Shown here piece after piece: positions 1 to 12,270 of a stretch of DNA of 64,000 nucleotides. The position numbers were made by a program, and so were the translations under genes. The notes beneath the pieces are model-generated. The model did not search any database. It was not told where the DNA came from and was given only the letters and a program-made list of their open reading frames with translations. Position 1 is the stretch's first letter. Every line of letters begins with the position of its first letter. The stretch lies in assembly GCF_016432865.1 (NCBI RefSeq), contig NC_067400.1:58838001-58902000 (forward strand). The letters are read 5' to 3'. Origin of the DNA: Antechinus flavipes. Its lineage: Eukaryota.

Positions 1-240
1 TTGGCATATTTGTTAGAAAAGTTATTTCATTGATAGATAAGAGGAATGTTGCTGAGGTGGTTTACTTTGATTTCAGAAAAGCATTTGACAAAGTCATTTA
101 TGGAATCTTTATGACTAAGATGGTGAAATATGGGCAGAATGGCTAGTAATATGGGTTAGAAGCTGATTAAATAATTATATACAGAAGATGTTGACTAATT
201 TATCAATGTCACTGTTGAGAAAAGTCCATAACACACTGCC
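1..240 (+). mobile_element. CR1/L3 LINE reverse-transcriptase fragment
   Basis: Translates with disruptions to ...VVYFDFRKAFDKV..GIFMTKMVKYG..., matching the CR1 RT motif YLDFxKAFDKV. Confidence 0.8.
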
Positions 241-658
241 TTAAGGTTCTTTCTGCAATGTATACTCTTGTAAGAGTCATCTCAGGAGCTTCTGAATATA
301 GCTCAACCATGATAGATTAGAGTAACAATTAAAGTTCACATTAAATTGGAAAAGAGAAACTAAAAGACACCAACTATGCAGTTATAACAGTTCCAACCTG
401 ACCGTGCTTAGAAACAACTCATGCCACTGGGGTAGTTATCACTAAATCTGCTTGACTTCTACTTGGTGGCTCAATTATTTATAAATACTCTAATTAACTT
501 CAAAAGACATATGAAGGAAGACATTCTCTATATTCAGAGAAAGAATCAATAAATAGAAGTGTGTAGAGAATGGTTTTACATATAGATGCCTATTTGTATT
601 TAATAGTAGCCATTTGTAGGGTGGGGGAATGGAGAGGAGAATAAAAAAAGAAAAAAAG

Positions 659-1952
659 GGTTTTTATTAAAGTTTTTAATTTTAAAAAGATATGTATGGA
701 TAATTTTTCAACATTAATTCTTGCAAAACCTTGTATTCCAATTCCCCCTTCCCCTACCTCTTCCCCTAGATAACGAGTAATCTAATATAAGTTAAACATG
801 GTAAAAAAATATGTTAAATCCAATATATGCATACATATTTATATATATTTATATCCTGCTGCAAAGAAAAATCAAATCAAAAAGAAAAAAAAGAAGAAAA
901 ATAAAATGCAAACAAACCACAATAAAAAGAGTGAAAATATTATGGTATGATTCACACTCAGTTCCCACAGTCCTTTCTCTGGATGTAGATGGCTCTCTTC
1001 ATCACAAGATCATTAGAACTGGTCTGAATCATCTCATTGTTGAAAAGAGCCACATTCATCAGAATTGATCATCATATAATCTTGTTACTGCATCCAATGA
1101 TCTCCTGGTTCTGCTCATTTCACTTAACATCAGTTCATGTAAGTTTCTCCAGATCTTTCTGAAATCATCTTGCTAATCATTTCTTAAAAAAACAATAATA
1201 TTTCATAACTTTCATATATCATAATTCATTCAGCCATTCTCCAACTATTAGGCATCCATTCAGTTTCCAGTTTCTTGCCACCACAAAAAGGGCTACCACA
1301 AATATTTTTGCACATGTGGATTCTTTTCCCTTTTTAAGGATCTCTTGGGATATAGGCTCAATAGAGACACTGCTAGATCAAAGGGTACGCATATTTTAAT
1401 AGCCCTTTGGGTATAGTTCTAAATTGCTCTCCAGCATGGTTGGATCAGTTTACAATTCCATCAACAATGTACTAGTGTTCCAGTTTTCCCACATCCCCTC
1501 CAACATTTGTCTTTCCTGTCATCTTAGCCTTTCTAAGAGGTGTGTAGTGGTACCTCAGAGTTGTCTTAATTTGCATTTCTCTGATCAATAATGATTTAGA
1601 GCACCATCTGAAAATTGTCTGTTCATATTCTTTGACCATTTATCAATCAGAGAATAGCTTGAATTTTTTATAAATTTGAGTCAATGAGGACTTTGTCAGA
1701 ATCTTTGAATGTAAAAATGTTTCCCCAGTTTGTTTCCTTTTTAATCTTGTCTGCATTAATTTTGTTTATGCAAAAACTTTTAAACTTAATATAATCAAAA
1801 TTATCAATTTTTTTTTGTTTAATAAAGGTTTCTAGTTCTTCTTTGGCCACAAATTCCTTCCTTCTGTGGATCTGAGAGGCAAATTATATTTTCTCCTTTT
1901 AATTTGCTTTTAATATCAGTCTTTATATCTAAATCATGAAACCATTTCAAAC
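659..1952 (-). mobile_element. 5'-truncated marsupial L1 (ORF2 C-terminus + 3' UTR) inserted into an older L1-like 3' end
   Basis: Typical marsupial L1 3' sequence on the minus strand. Candidate 14-bp TSD aaaaagaaaaaaag at 645-658 and 1953-1966. The flanks (about 490-658 and 1953-2110) join into an older plus-strand L1-like 3' end. Confidence 0.9.
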
Positions 1953-3159
1953 AAAAAGAAAAAAAGTTATACAATCACTTTATTACATAGTTTTTAAAAA
2001 GAATAGCAGCTTGCATACAATAGATTTGCACTTTCATGCACAATAATATTTTTTCTAGTCTACTATGTCATAGAAATACTTATTAAGTTTAGAATAAAAT
2101 TAAAAAAATAGAAGAAATAGATGGACTCATTTATCAGGTGGCTTAACATCATATCAAGTTTATTTCTGTTTTTCTTTTCACTTCAGTCCTTATTCCAATA
2201 GCTGGATCCTTACTTTGCCCTTTGTATGAATCTTGTACTTCCCTTTTAAAACTGTTTGTTGCTAGGTTGTTTTGTTTTAACTTTATTTGCTTCTGTCCTC
2301 AGTGTTTAACACATAGTAGATTAAATGTCTTTAGAAGATTTTGGGGTGCAAGAGAAAAAGAGATCTGGTTTCTAGGACATCCAAAGTCTATGTTCTGAAG
2401 GAGTACAGGAAAATCTCAAAATAACAGATCTAGATTTTTGAGAGACCTCAGAATTTTTCTAGTCTAACTCCCATTTTACAGATGTGTATAATTGAGGACC
2501 AAAAAGTTGAAGTGCCTTGTACAAAGTCACACAGACAGTAAGAATCAGAGGTAGGATATGATCTTAATTCTTCCAACTTCATTCTTTCTGTTGTGCTGTT
2601 TCTAGAGAGTTAAGATAGTTAAAGAGACAGTACTATTTAGTCTTTCTGCTGTGTCTCCTCAGGGATAAATACAAAAATCAAGCTTTTAGGTTCAATTAAT
2701 TACTCAAGTATAGGATAAAGAATATTTCTCATTTTCTTGTGAAAAAAACTTGTGTTTTAGTCATTGTCCTAGAAAAGAAATATGTGAAGACCAGCTGTCA
2801 AAGCTGTAGAAAAATTCTGTGAATTAGAGAAAATTCCTCAAATCAAATCAATTTATACAGTCATACCTCAGAGATATGGATTCAGTTCCAGGCATTGTAA
2901 TAAAGCATATATTGCAAAAAAGTAAATCACATAAATTTTTTGTTTTCCCAGTACAAATACAAGTTATATTTATATGATATTGTAGTCTATTATGGGTGCA
3001 ATAGTCTTATGTCTAAAAAATGCACCTCCCTTAACTAAAAATACTTTATCGCTTAAAAAAAAAAAACAAAAACAAAAAAAAAACTCTAATCATCTGAGCC
3101 TTCAGCAAATTAAAACCTTTTTTGCTGGATGTTGACCAATCAGGATGGCTGCTAAGAGT

Positions 3160-3340
3160 NNNNNNNNNNNNNNNNNNNNNNNNNNNNNNNNNNNNNNNNN
3201 NNNNNNNNNNNNNNNNNNNNNNNNNNNNNNNNNNNNNNNNNNNNNNNNNNNNNNNNNNNNNNNNNNNNNNNNNNNNNNNNNNNNNNNNNNNNNNNNNNNN
3301 NNNNNNNNNNNNNNNNNNNNNNNNNNNNNNNNNNNNNNNN
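3160..3340. other. Assembly gap (181 N)
   Basis: Run of N characters. Confidence 1.
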
Positions 3341-3453
3341 GTTAAGTGACTTGCCTAGGATCACTAGAAAGTGTTAAGTGTCTGAGGACAGATTTGAACT
3401 CAGGTCCTCTTGACTTCAGGGCAGGCTCTATTCACTGCACCCCCTAGCTGCCC
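3341..3453 (-). mobile_element. WSINE1-type tRNA-derived SINE; tail lost in the gap
   Basis: The reverse complement reads gggcagctaggggtgcagtgaatagagc...gagttcaaatct...ggcaagtcacttaac, with A/B boxes. Confidence 0.85.
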
Positions 3454-4049
3454 AGACCATTTCTTAAAATTAAAAAAAAAAAAAAACAAAAACAATGAAG
3501 TTTGCTACATTAATTGACTATTCCTTTCATGAAAGACTTCTCTGTAGCAAGTAGTACAATTTGATAGCAGTTTACCCACAGGATAGCTTCTTTCAAAATT
3601 GGAGTTACTCCTCCCAAACCCTGCTGCTGCTGTTTTATCAACTAAGTTTATGTAATATTCTTCAATATTGTTGTATTTCAGGAATAAGGAAGCCTGAGAG
3701 GGGAGAAGTAAGGGAATAGCTGGTCAATGGAGCAGTCAGAACACATCCAACATTTATCGATTGAGTTATATGGGCAAGCTTTGTGGTGCTCCCAAACAAT
3801 TACAGTAGTAATATCAAAGGTCACCATAAGAGATATAATCAAAACAAAAAAGTTTGAAATATTATGAAAAATACTAAAATGAGACATAGAGACATGATGT
3901 GAGCCCATGCTGTTGGAAAAATGGTAACTACAGACTTGCTTGATGCAGGGTTGCCAAAAAGCTTCAATTTGTTTTTTTTTTTAAAGCAATATCTGTGAAA
4001 TTCCAAAAAAGCAAAGTATAGTGAAACAAAGTATTTCTGAACATACCTT

Positions 4050-4810
4050 GGTATTTGGTGACTTCAAAGTGATGCTGAGAAATAGGTTTAAAAGTATGCT
4101 TCAGGATTAATAATAAAAAGAGATCAAAGGGTTTATGGATTTCTCAGAAGCTTCACACCAGGTTATCATGAATAATTTTTTCAAGTGGAGAGTTGGAAAT
4201 TTCTGGATATGACACACACCACACTTTTCAAGAAATGAAATATAAATGAAATTGACCTTATCTTGACAGACAGAATATCAACACGAGAGTTATCTCACAA
4301 TCAGCTGCTTGTATGAAGTTCATATGATTGACGATTTACAATGGAGGTTAAAGTCAACAAATCTGAAGAAAAACTCAAATGAAAAGATACTCTGCATTTA
4401 CAACTCACACTTAAAGTAATTAAACAGCCATGGAATCTGAAAACAGGAAACGGATAAAAGTAAAGACATTGACTAATAATTGGTTAGAGAAAGTAAATGT
4501 TAAGGCAGTTGCTACATCAAAGAGGCCAAAAGAACCCAAAAAGAGTTTTTACCAAGAAATAATTGATCTTTTTGACTAGAGACAAGGCAACATTTACAAC
4601 AAAAGTTTAGTGTACAACTTCATTTTGTAAATCATTTTGGAATGTGAGAGAAGATTAAGAAACATATCGCTTCATAAAACTGTAAAAAAATTAATGGAGG
4701 GGAAAATGAGTATACATGCCTTTCAGGAACAAGAAAGAACTGAGCCATGGCAAAGAAAGAGTTTTGAGGAGATTCTTTGAATCTACTGCCATATCAGAAG
4801 AGAGGACACA
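4050..4810 (+). mobile_element. RTE-clade LINE fragment (endonuclease C-terminus and linker)
   Basis: Degraded GDFxxxxG ... MNNFFK ... NEIDLILTDR endonuclease motifs. Confidence 0.6.
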
Positions 4811-5033
4811 GGTTGAGGGAAGCCCCAAGAAAAGATCAGTTCTTTGCCCAGCTTCTCCTCATGATGTCTCTCTATCCATAATTACTATAGTATAATCTGC
4901 TATTTTGTTACCCAAATATCTCCAGCACACTGAATTTTTCCTGAACCTCAAAGAGATCAAGGTTAACTCTATCTATATGTGGATATATATCTATATCCAC
5001 ATATATCTATACATATAAATATATCTACATGTG

Positions 5034-5074
<41 letters not shown>
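5034..5074. repeat. (TG)n microsatellite
   Basis: Direct observation. Confidence 0.95.
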
Positions 5075-5078
<4 letters not shown>

Positions 5079-5299
5079 AAGACGAGGCAGAGTTCTCTAC
5101 CTCTCCTTACATGTTAGGGCATTTCCTAACTAGTAGCTCATAGCAATTATAATTAAACAAAGAACTTTTCATTTAGAATGAACTTTGTAAGCTGAGGAGA
5201 GAATTAACTAGAACTTAATTTAGGAGTTAATTATTTTAATATGATGTTATATTTATTAGAGAAAAATGCATCTTTAAAGTTTCTTTTCTAATATAAAAG

Positions 5300-5465
5300 A
5301 GGTAGAAAGAAGAAGAAGGCAAGGAGATAGAAGAAGGAAAAAAAAAGAGAAGAAGAAGGAAATGGAGAAGGAGGAGAAAGAAGAGGAAAAAGAGGAGGAG
5401 GAAAAGGAGGAGGAAAGGAAGGAGGAGGGGAGGAGAAAGAAGAGGAAGAAGAGAAAAAAGAGAAT
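5300..5465 (+). repeat. Purine-rich low-complexity tract (GAA/GAG)
   Basis: Direct observation; it explains the ORFs 5236-5469 and 5362-5622. Confidence 0.9.
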
Positions 5466-5944
5466 TCATTGTTTTTTATTTAACCAACCCGGTGAAACTG
5501 TTGCTATCATGGAGTTGGGAATACAACAAGGATTTTTTGTATCATCTCAAAGCTCCAAGCCCTTTGGTGCTGAATCAGAATACACATGGCCCACTAGAAG
5601 TGGCCAGAGTTCTCATAGATAAGAGAGTGGTGTGTGCCTCCCCTGTTTGCTCCCATTAGAAGTAGATCATAATTAAATTATACCAGATGTTTTAGGTTAA
5701 ACCAGAGAGAACACCAAGGCCTTAGTTTTATAGGTGAGCTTCAGAGAGAGGAAATAACCAAGGCCATGTAGGTAGTAAATAATAGAACTAATATTTAAAT
5801 CCAGGCTCTTTAATGCCAAATCAAAATCTTTTTTTTTTTTACTATAATATCCTGATTTCTAAAAAATAACATAAACTATAGGAAGATGTGTGTTTTCTGT
5901 CCTTCAAAATATTAAAATGGAAAACTGAGTCCTTAGAGTTGGTA

Positions 5945-6460
5945 AGCTTTTATAGATGCTTTTGTTTGCTGATACAATTGTGATGATTTCATTAAATATG
6001 CTACAAGTTCTCCTTGATGAAGTCCACGAACCTTTGAAAGAGATTAGTCTAGCACTTCACACAAGACAAAACAAGGGAACGAATAGTTTGTATGGAACAA
6101 ATTATGACAAGGAATTGGATGGGCAATTCATCGACTTAGTACCTCCCCATACATATGTAGGGCGGCACTGCTGATGAAAAGTGAGTTAAGTCCACAGTTG
6201 AATGGGAGAAAAGGAGTAGATTGGACTGGCTATAGAAGTGGTACAATGCTTTCAATGATACCAAGTGGCTTTCAGACAAAAAAAGACCTTTATGTTCTAC
6301 ATTAATATTTTTCTGGTGATGAAATATCTCAATGAATCATGGAAAACTATGATCTCTCTGATGAACCAAAATAGTGGATGACTCAAAAGACTACAGTGAG
6401 AAATGCTTTGGAGGAAAATAGTCTACAAAACATTACTAGTGATGATTGATGTATAATGGT
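5945..6460 (+). mobile_element. RTE-clade LINE reverse-transcriptase fragment
   Basis: ORF 5956-6174 MLLFADTIV...LQVLLDEV...ISLALH matches the RT FADD motif and the downstream RTE-like pattern (LLFADDIV..LQxLLxEI..GLxIHxxK). Confidence 0.7.
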
Positions 6461-6789
6461 TTAAAAGATAGCATTCAGGCATGGACAACCAGATAAGGAA
6501 GTAACCTGCTCTTGTAGTTAGAATAAGGGATAGCATCATAGGATTAAAGATTTAGCACTGTAATGGACCTTGGATAACTAATACAACTCCCTTATTTTAG
6601 AGATCAGGAATCTGAGTCCCAGAAAGGCTTATTAGGGGGTATATAATGACAGAATAAGGAGGTAGCTGATATATAGTCATACAATTTAGAAAATTAAACA
6701 TGACTAGTCTGGGCCCTTTCACAAAACAGTTCTGGAAAAAAAACTCATCAACTCATCAACAACTCAACTTGCAGTCTTATGCTGTATTA

Positions 6790-7035
6790 ATAGTAGAGTA
6801 TAGATATAGATGGGAACTGAATCTATGATTTCACTAAAGGTAAAAGTAACTTTCTTGAGTTTGTAAAGTTCTCTTACCAATACAAATTCTCACTTTTTTC
6901 CCTACAATTTTCAACCTTAGAGAATTTCCTAGAATATGAAGAACTTTCCCAGGGATCACATAGCCACTATTTATCAAAAGGGGGGGAATTGAACCCAGAT
7001 CTTGGCAGTCAGGTTTCTATCCACTATGCCACAAT
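6790..7035. mobile_element. Mar1-type marsupial SINE, degraded
   Basis: Contains gggaactgaatctatgatttcact... followed by a CORE-like ttcccagggatcacatag...ttgaacccag segment. Confidence 0.55.
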
Positions 7036-7572
7036 GACTCTTATAGTCCACATTATAGAATATGAATTATCTGGCTTTCTTAATCTATAGATTTGCTTTC
7101 ATTCATTTGCTAGTTTCCCTTTTGATTCCTCTCTATCTCATCCATGCTAGAGCTGATTATAGAAGGCAGATGTACTGTTTAGAATCAGGCTGAGAATGTT
7201 AGTATGGTAATGAAAGCTAACCGGATATTGGGAGAACTAAAGTTCCTATTGGAATGAGGTACTTTGCCAGTCTATGACCACTTGATTTGGAAGTCAGAGA
7301 ATCGGGTTCAAAATCAAGTTTAACAATTTTCACCTTTGTGGGACACATTTTCTTATTTATAAACAGAGGGATTGGACTGTTTAGTTGCTTAGGGTCTCTC
7401 TAGATCCTCAACCTCTAAACCTCTGCCCAAGCCAGCCTTTTATTAAGCCTATTATTAATAATAAGCCTATTATTAAGTATTAATAATAATACTATTATTA
7501 TAATAGTAAGAAACATAGCCTACTTCTTAGGCAGCCCTTGATAACCTATAGTATAAATTCTTATCTCCCCTT

Positions 7573-8100
7573 TGTAGGTGGGAGCTGTCCATCAGTCGAT
7601 GACATCTCAGCTGGCTCTAAGAATGTTTATCTAGTTGGCAGAGAAGTACATACAATCCTCTTTGGTAGAAAAAGTTCCTTAGGTGGGATGTTCCTTATTC
7701 CATTCTTGGGGCTTTAAAAACCCCTTAGGAGATGTGAACTTTCCATTTTAAGCAAGTTCTTAATAAAGAGTTGGTAAATATTTTTTTCTACCATGTCCTT
7801 GCCTTAGATCCCTGCCCATTGCAACATGGTTCTTTCATGACTGAGTTCCAGTCCTGCCATTCCCAGTCCACCCAAAGATTAGAGTCCTGAACTACACTCC
7901 CAAGAGCTGGATCCCCATCGCTTGCTGCCAGAACTCTCACATGCCAACCACCTGCTTGCCTGGACTTCTGCCTATTGCAGACTGCCAGAGCCCTGTTGCA
8001 CTCATGTGCCAGAATACCTACTTACTTCTCATTGCCAGACCTTTGAGATGCCAACTACTTTCATCTTGAGACTTCCTCCTATTTTCTGCTTCAGGAACTT
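7573..8100 (+). mobile_element. Putative ancient LTR (7573-7826) plus retroviral-type leader
   Basis: Starts TG and ends ...ttgcaaCA at 7826, with AATAAA at 7762. It is followed directly by TGG (PBS position) and a GC-richer leader with repeated TGCCAG motifs. Confidence 0.35.
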
Positions 8101-8289
8101 TTCTTTGATCATCTGTCTAACCTTGGCAGATCTGTCTAGACTTCAAGTCCAGGTCATCTCTGTTTAGGCTCATTCTTCTCTGGTGATGATTTTGACATCT
8201 TTGGTTTTAGCATGAGTCAAGTTTTTTTAAATCAATATCTTAGATATAGGCACAGGAGACATGCATATGACACAATGTTGTGAGGAACA

Positions 8290-8495
8290 ACTAACACGAT
8301 GGACAGAATTGGAATTCAAAATTCTCTCAGCAAGCTGGAAAACTGGACTTAACAATTTTTCTGATGGAATTTTACAAGGACATCTGTAATTCTAAGCTCT
8401 GCAACTGAATTTCAAATGTCAGTTGCATAAGTACAGGAAATGACTTGGTGGTATGTTTGCAATAAGATTTGCAGGTTTTTGTTCACTACAAAGGA
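8290..8495 (+). mobile_element. CR1/L3 RT C-terminal fragment
   Basis: DRIGIQNSLSKLENW...LHKYR, matching the CR1 pattern DRxxIQxDLxxLExW. Confidence 0.7.
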
Positions 8496-8810
8496 AGCAG
8501 ACTGGAATAAGAGAAAGAAGGCAGCCTCAGAATCAGGATGGTCCAGATTCAATTTTTGCCTTTACTTGTGGAATACCAGGCAAATCTCCTCCTTACTCTG
8601 TCAGTGCCCCAACTCTATGGTTTCAAACTCAAATAGAATTGGGTTCTATTACACATGGGGTGGTAGTGGTGGTTGGTGGTATTTGACATCTTTGCCTTAG
8701 GTAATCTTAAAACGTAATGTATAGGTTGATTGTCCACTTGTATTGGTGGAATGTTTCTACAAAAGGCATATTCTATCCAGCTGAAATTGTAGGTCCAGAC
8801 TACTGCCTCC
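8495..8810 (+). mobile_element. Degraded Mar1-type SINE with a possible small hAT-MITE piece
   Basis: MIR-like head at about 8495-8610, tttcaaactcaaataga at about 8620, and a Mar1-like tail tgtattggtggaatg...gaaattgtaggtccag. Confidence 0.45.
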
Positions 8811-8999
8811 ACCCAGTCATGTCTACAGTACCTCATAATCCCAGTGTAAATCAAATTGTAATATTCCTGCTTTAAAAAAAATACCTCAAACATGTAGTCT
8901 TTGGCTTCATTAGTAATTCAGATCATAGGAAATAGCAATCTCACTGATTTTTGGTAGCTCACATGTGCCTCACATTTGAAAAAGGAGGTTAAAAACTCC

Positions 9000-9190
9000 A
9001 AATAAGGAAAGATTGAATGGCATAGATCTTGATGCCATGTAATGAAATTAACAGTTGAAGGAATTTAGAATGTTTAATATGTAGAAGATTTAGGAAAGGT
9101 ATTAATACTTTATTCAAGTATTTGAAAAAATCTCCTGAGACAGAATATATATTTTCTGTTCTGCTCTGCAAGGCAGAAATAAGCCCAGTG
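9000..9190 (+). mobile_element. CR1/L3 3' ORF fragment
   Basis: LKEFRMFNM...LFKYLK, matching the CR1 pattern LKELGMFSL..KRRL..VFKYLK. Confidence 0.6.
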
Positions 9191-9309
9191 CATGGATGTT
9201 ACATGAATATTATGGAGATTTCAGAATATTGTTCTTGTTAGATTCTCCTGTTACCTAGTCTGCTTTTTTGTTATTTTTTGGTGGCTCCATAATTATTGTT
9301 CCATTTCCC

Positions 9310-9640
9310 AACTGTAGGTATGCTTCAAGGCTCTGTTCTGAAACCTCTTCTTTCTCTCTGTGCTCTCTGTGATGTGATCAGTTCCCAAGGATTAATATAT
9401 CATCTCTAGACTCAAATTTATGTACCCTGCCTTGGACTCTAGTTCCAGTCTCCAATCATCAACTGTCTATTTGATATTTTCCCACTAGATAGCCCATCAA
9501 TATTTCACACTTAAGATGTCCAAAACACAACTTATAATATTCATTTCCTAGCAAACATCTCTTCCCCAGGTTCCTCCTTTTCTAATTTTTGTTTTTCTGT
9601 CAGTCACCATCATTTTGCTAGTCACCTCAATGGTTCCCAT
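9310..9640 (+). mobile_element. L2 LINE RT fragment
   Basis: caaggctctgttctga..cctcttctttctctctg (QGSVLxPLLFSL) and acttaagatgtccaaaac. Confidence 0.7.
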
Positions 9641-10074
9641 CATTCTGCTATCTTTGTTTTTTTAAAAAAATAATTATGGACCATTGAAGATTTTCAAGTA
9701 AGATAAATACCATGATCCAAGAGCTGTTTTATAAAGATTATATCAGTAGCACTTTGAAGGAGGGAATCACAAATTTTGTAGTTGGAAGGAACCCAAGATA
9801 TGATTTAGTCCAATTCCAATGTTTCATAGGTGAAGGAAATCCTATAGAGGAGAAATGACTTTGTCAGGATTAGGCAGAGTACATTTAAAGGAATTTAGAA
9901 TGTTTAATATGTACAGCAGAATTGGATTTCAAACACTGATACTCTAAGCTGAGTCTAATATAAAGAAATTTAATACAGATAAACATGTAGTAATAATAGG
10001 TTTTATTATACTTGAATCAAGTTCATAAGTTCGAGATCTGGAAACCATGAGTAGATGGCACCTTATCTGAAAAA

Positions 10075-10170
10075 AGTATATGTATGTGCATATACATATA
10101 TATATATATACATACAGGTTTTTAAATATATATACATACATATGTGTATATGTACATATATTTATACATT
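10075..10170. repeat. (TA)n/(TACA)n low-complexity tract
   Basis: Direct observation. Confidence 0.9.
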
Positions 10171-10189
10171 TGAGAGTTTTAATGGACTG

Positions 10190-10570
10190 CAAACTCAAAA
10201 TGAACCAACAATGTTAGCTTGCATGAAGAACAGCATTATCTTCACAGTTATGAAGGTGATGGTTCCAGTGTCCTTTGATATCATTTGGAGGGCAGATCTG
10301 ATCATATGTTGAACACTGTTGAGGTTTAAGTGACATTTATAAGCCAATGGGCTTCATTAGTGGTGATCAAGGTAGTGAAGGACCTGAAGAACATTTCATG
10401 AGGATCCATTGAAGGATTTGGGATTGTTATACTGAAAAGGAAAAGACTTTTAGAGGATGGAGCTTGATAATCATCTTCGAGAATTCAAAAGATTGTATTG
10501 TGGAAGAGAGAAAAGATTCATTTTGTTTGGTCCTAGAGATCAGAAATTTCCTTAGAGAGCAATGATTTGA
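10190..10570 (+). mobile_element. CR1/L3 3' fragment
   Basis: tgaaccaacaatgt... and gatccattgaaggatttgggattgtt...aaagact are typical of the CR1 3' ORF region. Confidence 0.65.
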
Positions 10571-10639
10571 AGATTCAGAAAGGCAGCTTGTTGGCAAAAG
10601 CTATATGGAAAACTATTCTAAAACTGGAGCTTAAAAGTG

Positions 10640-10865
10640 ATATTTTATATCACACAGATAATATCACTTTAAAGTCTATAAAGCACTTTATAAATATCTC
10701 ATTTAATCGTCACAATAACAATTATTATCTTCATTTTATAGATAAAGAAATCAGGAACATAGCGATCAATTTGTCCAAAGATATGCAGCTAGTAAGTATC
10801 TTAGCTCAGATTTGAGTTAGGACTTTCAAACATCAGGTACTTTATCCATCTTATCTACTGTGCCA
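10640..10865 (-). mobile_element. MIR-type CORE-SINE
   Basis: cattttatagataaagaaatcagg...ttgtccaaagatatgcagctagtaag. Confidence 0.75.
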
Positions 10866-11079
10866 TGTAATTTCCCCTACTATTTTATTTGAGATCCAAA
10901 TCTGGTGCTCTTGTCGCATTCAACAAATGTCTCATGCCACATCAAAACTGGGTTAGGATGGGAAGTGACCAGAACTAGAGAAAATAATCAAATGGTATTC
11001 CAACATTCCAACAGTCTAAGTTTAAGGTGATAAGGGATTAAACCAAAGTTGTGACAGCATGAATGAGAATGTATGAAAG

Positions 11080-11330
11080 ATATTGCAAAGGAAAAATCTG
11101 CAGAATCTAATGACTAATTTCATATGAGGGGGAGAAAGAGTACAGTAAAAAGACAAAAATGACTCCAAGCTTTAGAAACAGAATGATTCAGAGAATGATA
11201 GTGTCCTTAACAGAAATACGGAAGTTAACAAGATATTGGAGTTGGAGGAAAGCTATATTAAGTTTGAGGTAAGAGTGGGATTCAAGTGGAAATGTCAAAC
11301 AGGAAATGGATAATGCAAGAAGTAAGCAGA
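11080..11330 (-). mobile_element. L2 fragment
   Basis: gatgactccaagc...gaatgatagtgtccttaacagaaatacggaag, a recurrent L2 antisense motif. Confidence 0.65.
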
Positions 11331-11784
11331 TGATTTTATTCTTCATTTTTCAAAATTATTTTAAAATGGAACATCATTTGGCTCTATGCATGTTCTACAC
11401 ATTCCAATTTTTATATTCTATTCTGGATTTAAGTTCAAACCCATTCTATGATTATCTCTTCTACTAACACTTAATGCAGTTTTGTTTCATTAGAATTCTC
11501 TAAATTTTTATCACATCGATTTTCTGGCTTTTTTTTCCTTGTAGAAAATTAACTTTTGAAGTTAAAAGGCTCTTGAAAAATATTTTTAACCTTGCTTCTA
11601 AGCCCACAGGTCACCAATAAATGAACATTCCTTCTGGCATCTGGAAGTTGAACATACAAGGGTGCAGAGGTACCTTGGTATATAAAAGACTTTAAAATTA
11701 AAAAAAAATTAAGTTTGAGTCCCAGATGTGCTTTTGCTTTAGTAAGTCATAGCTTATGTGAACTATAGTTTTTCAAAATAAAAA

Positions 11785-12050
11785 GGAGGAGGAAGGACAG
11801 GAGAGGAAGATGAGAGAGAGGAGAAAGAGAAGAAATAGAAGGAGGAGGAGGAAGAAAAGCAGGAAGAGAAGGAGAAGGAAAACGAGGAGGAGGAAGAGGA
11901 AAAGAAAGAGGAGGAGAAAAACAAGGATGAGGTAAAGGAGGAAGGGGTGGGGAGTGGAAAGGGAATGGTTAGGAGAAGAAGAAAGAGAAAAAAGAGAAAC
12001 AAGAGGAGAAGGAGAAAGAGAAGAAGGAGAAGAAGAAGAAGAAGAAGAAG
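11785..12050 (+). repeat. Purine-rich low-complexity tract ending in (GAA)n
   Basis: Direct observation; it explains the ORFs 11763-12182 and 11773-12096. Confidence 0.9.
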
Positions 12051-12109
12051 GTGGGATAATGTAGTGGATAAAGTATGGGAATTCCATCTTAGACACATAT
12101 TTGTTATGT

Positions 12110-12270
12110 GATTCATAAATAATTCATTTATTCTCTGAGCTTCACTTTTCTCATTTGTAAAATAGACATAAAATTGAGACATATTTACCTAGCTCATGGA
12201 GTTATTAGGAGAGCACTTTGTGAATTCTAAAGTAATGATATATAAATATGATTGATCAATATTACTATTG
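12110..12270 (+). mobile_element. MIR-type SINE
   Basis: ctctgagcttcacttttctcatttgtaaaat...cctagctcatggagttatt. Confidence 0.7.

Larger units (their letters stand above)
2858..4039. mobile_element. Tigger1-like (Tc1/mariner, pogo) internally deleted DNA transposon
   Basis: Left end TA|cagtcatacctcagagatat... and right end ...gcaatatctgtgaa...aagtatttctg resemble Tigger1 TIR regions. Internal text such as ttcaaaattggagttactcctcccaaaccctgctgctg and catgctgttggaaaaatgg also matches. It is interrupted by a gap and a SINE. Confidence 0.85.

Noticed and set aside
3122-3364. ORFs containing X runs
   Set aside because: Artefacts of the N gap.
8440-8893. Overlapping ORFs of 77-92 aa
   Set aside because: Explained by L3, Mar1-type SINE and MITE fragments.
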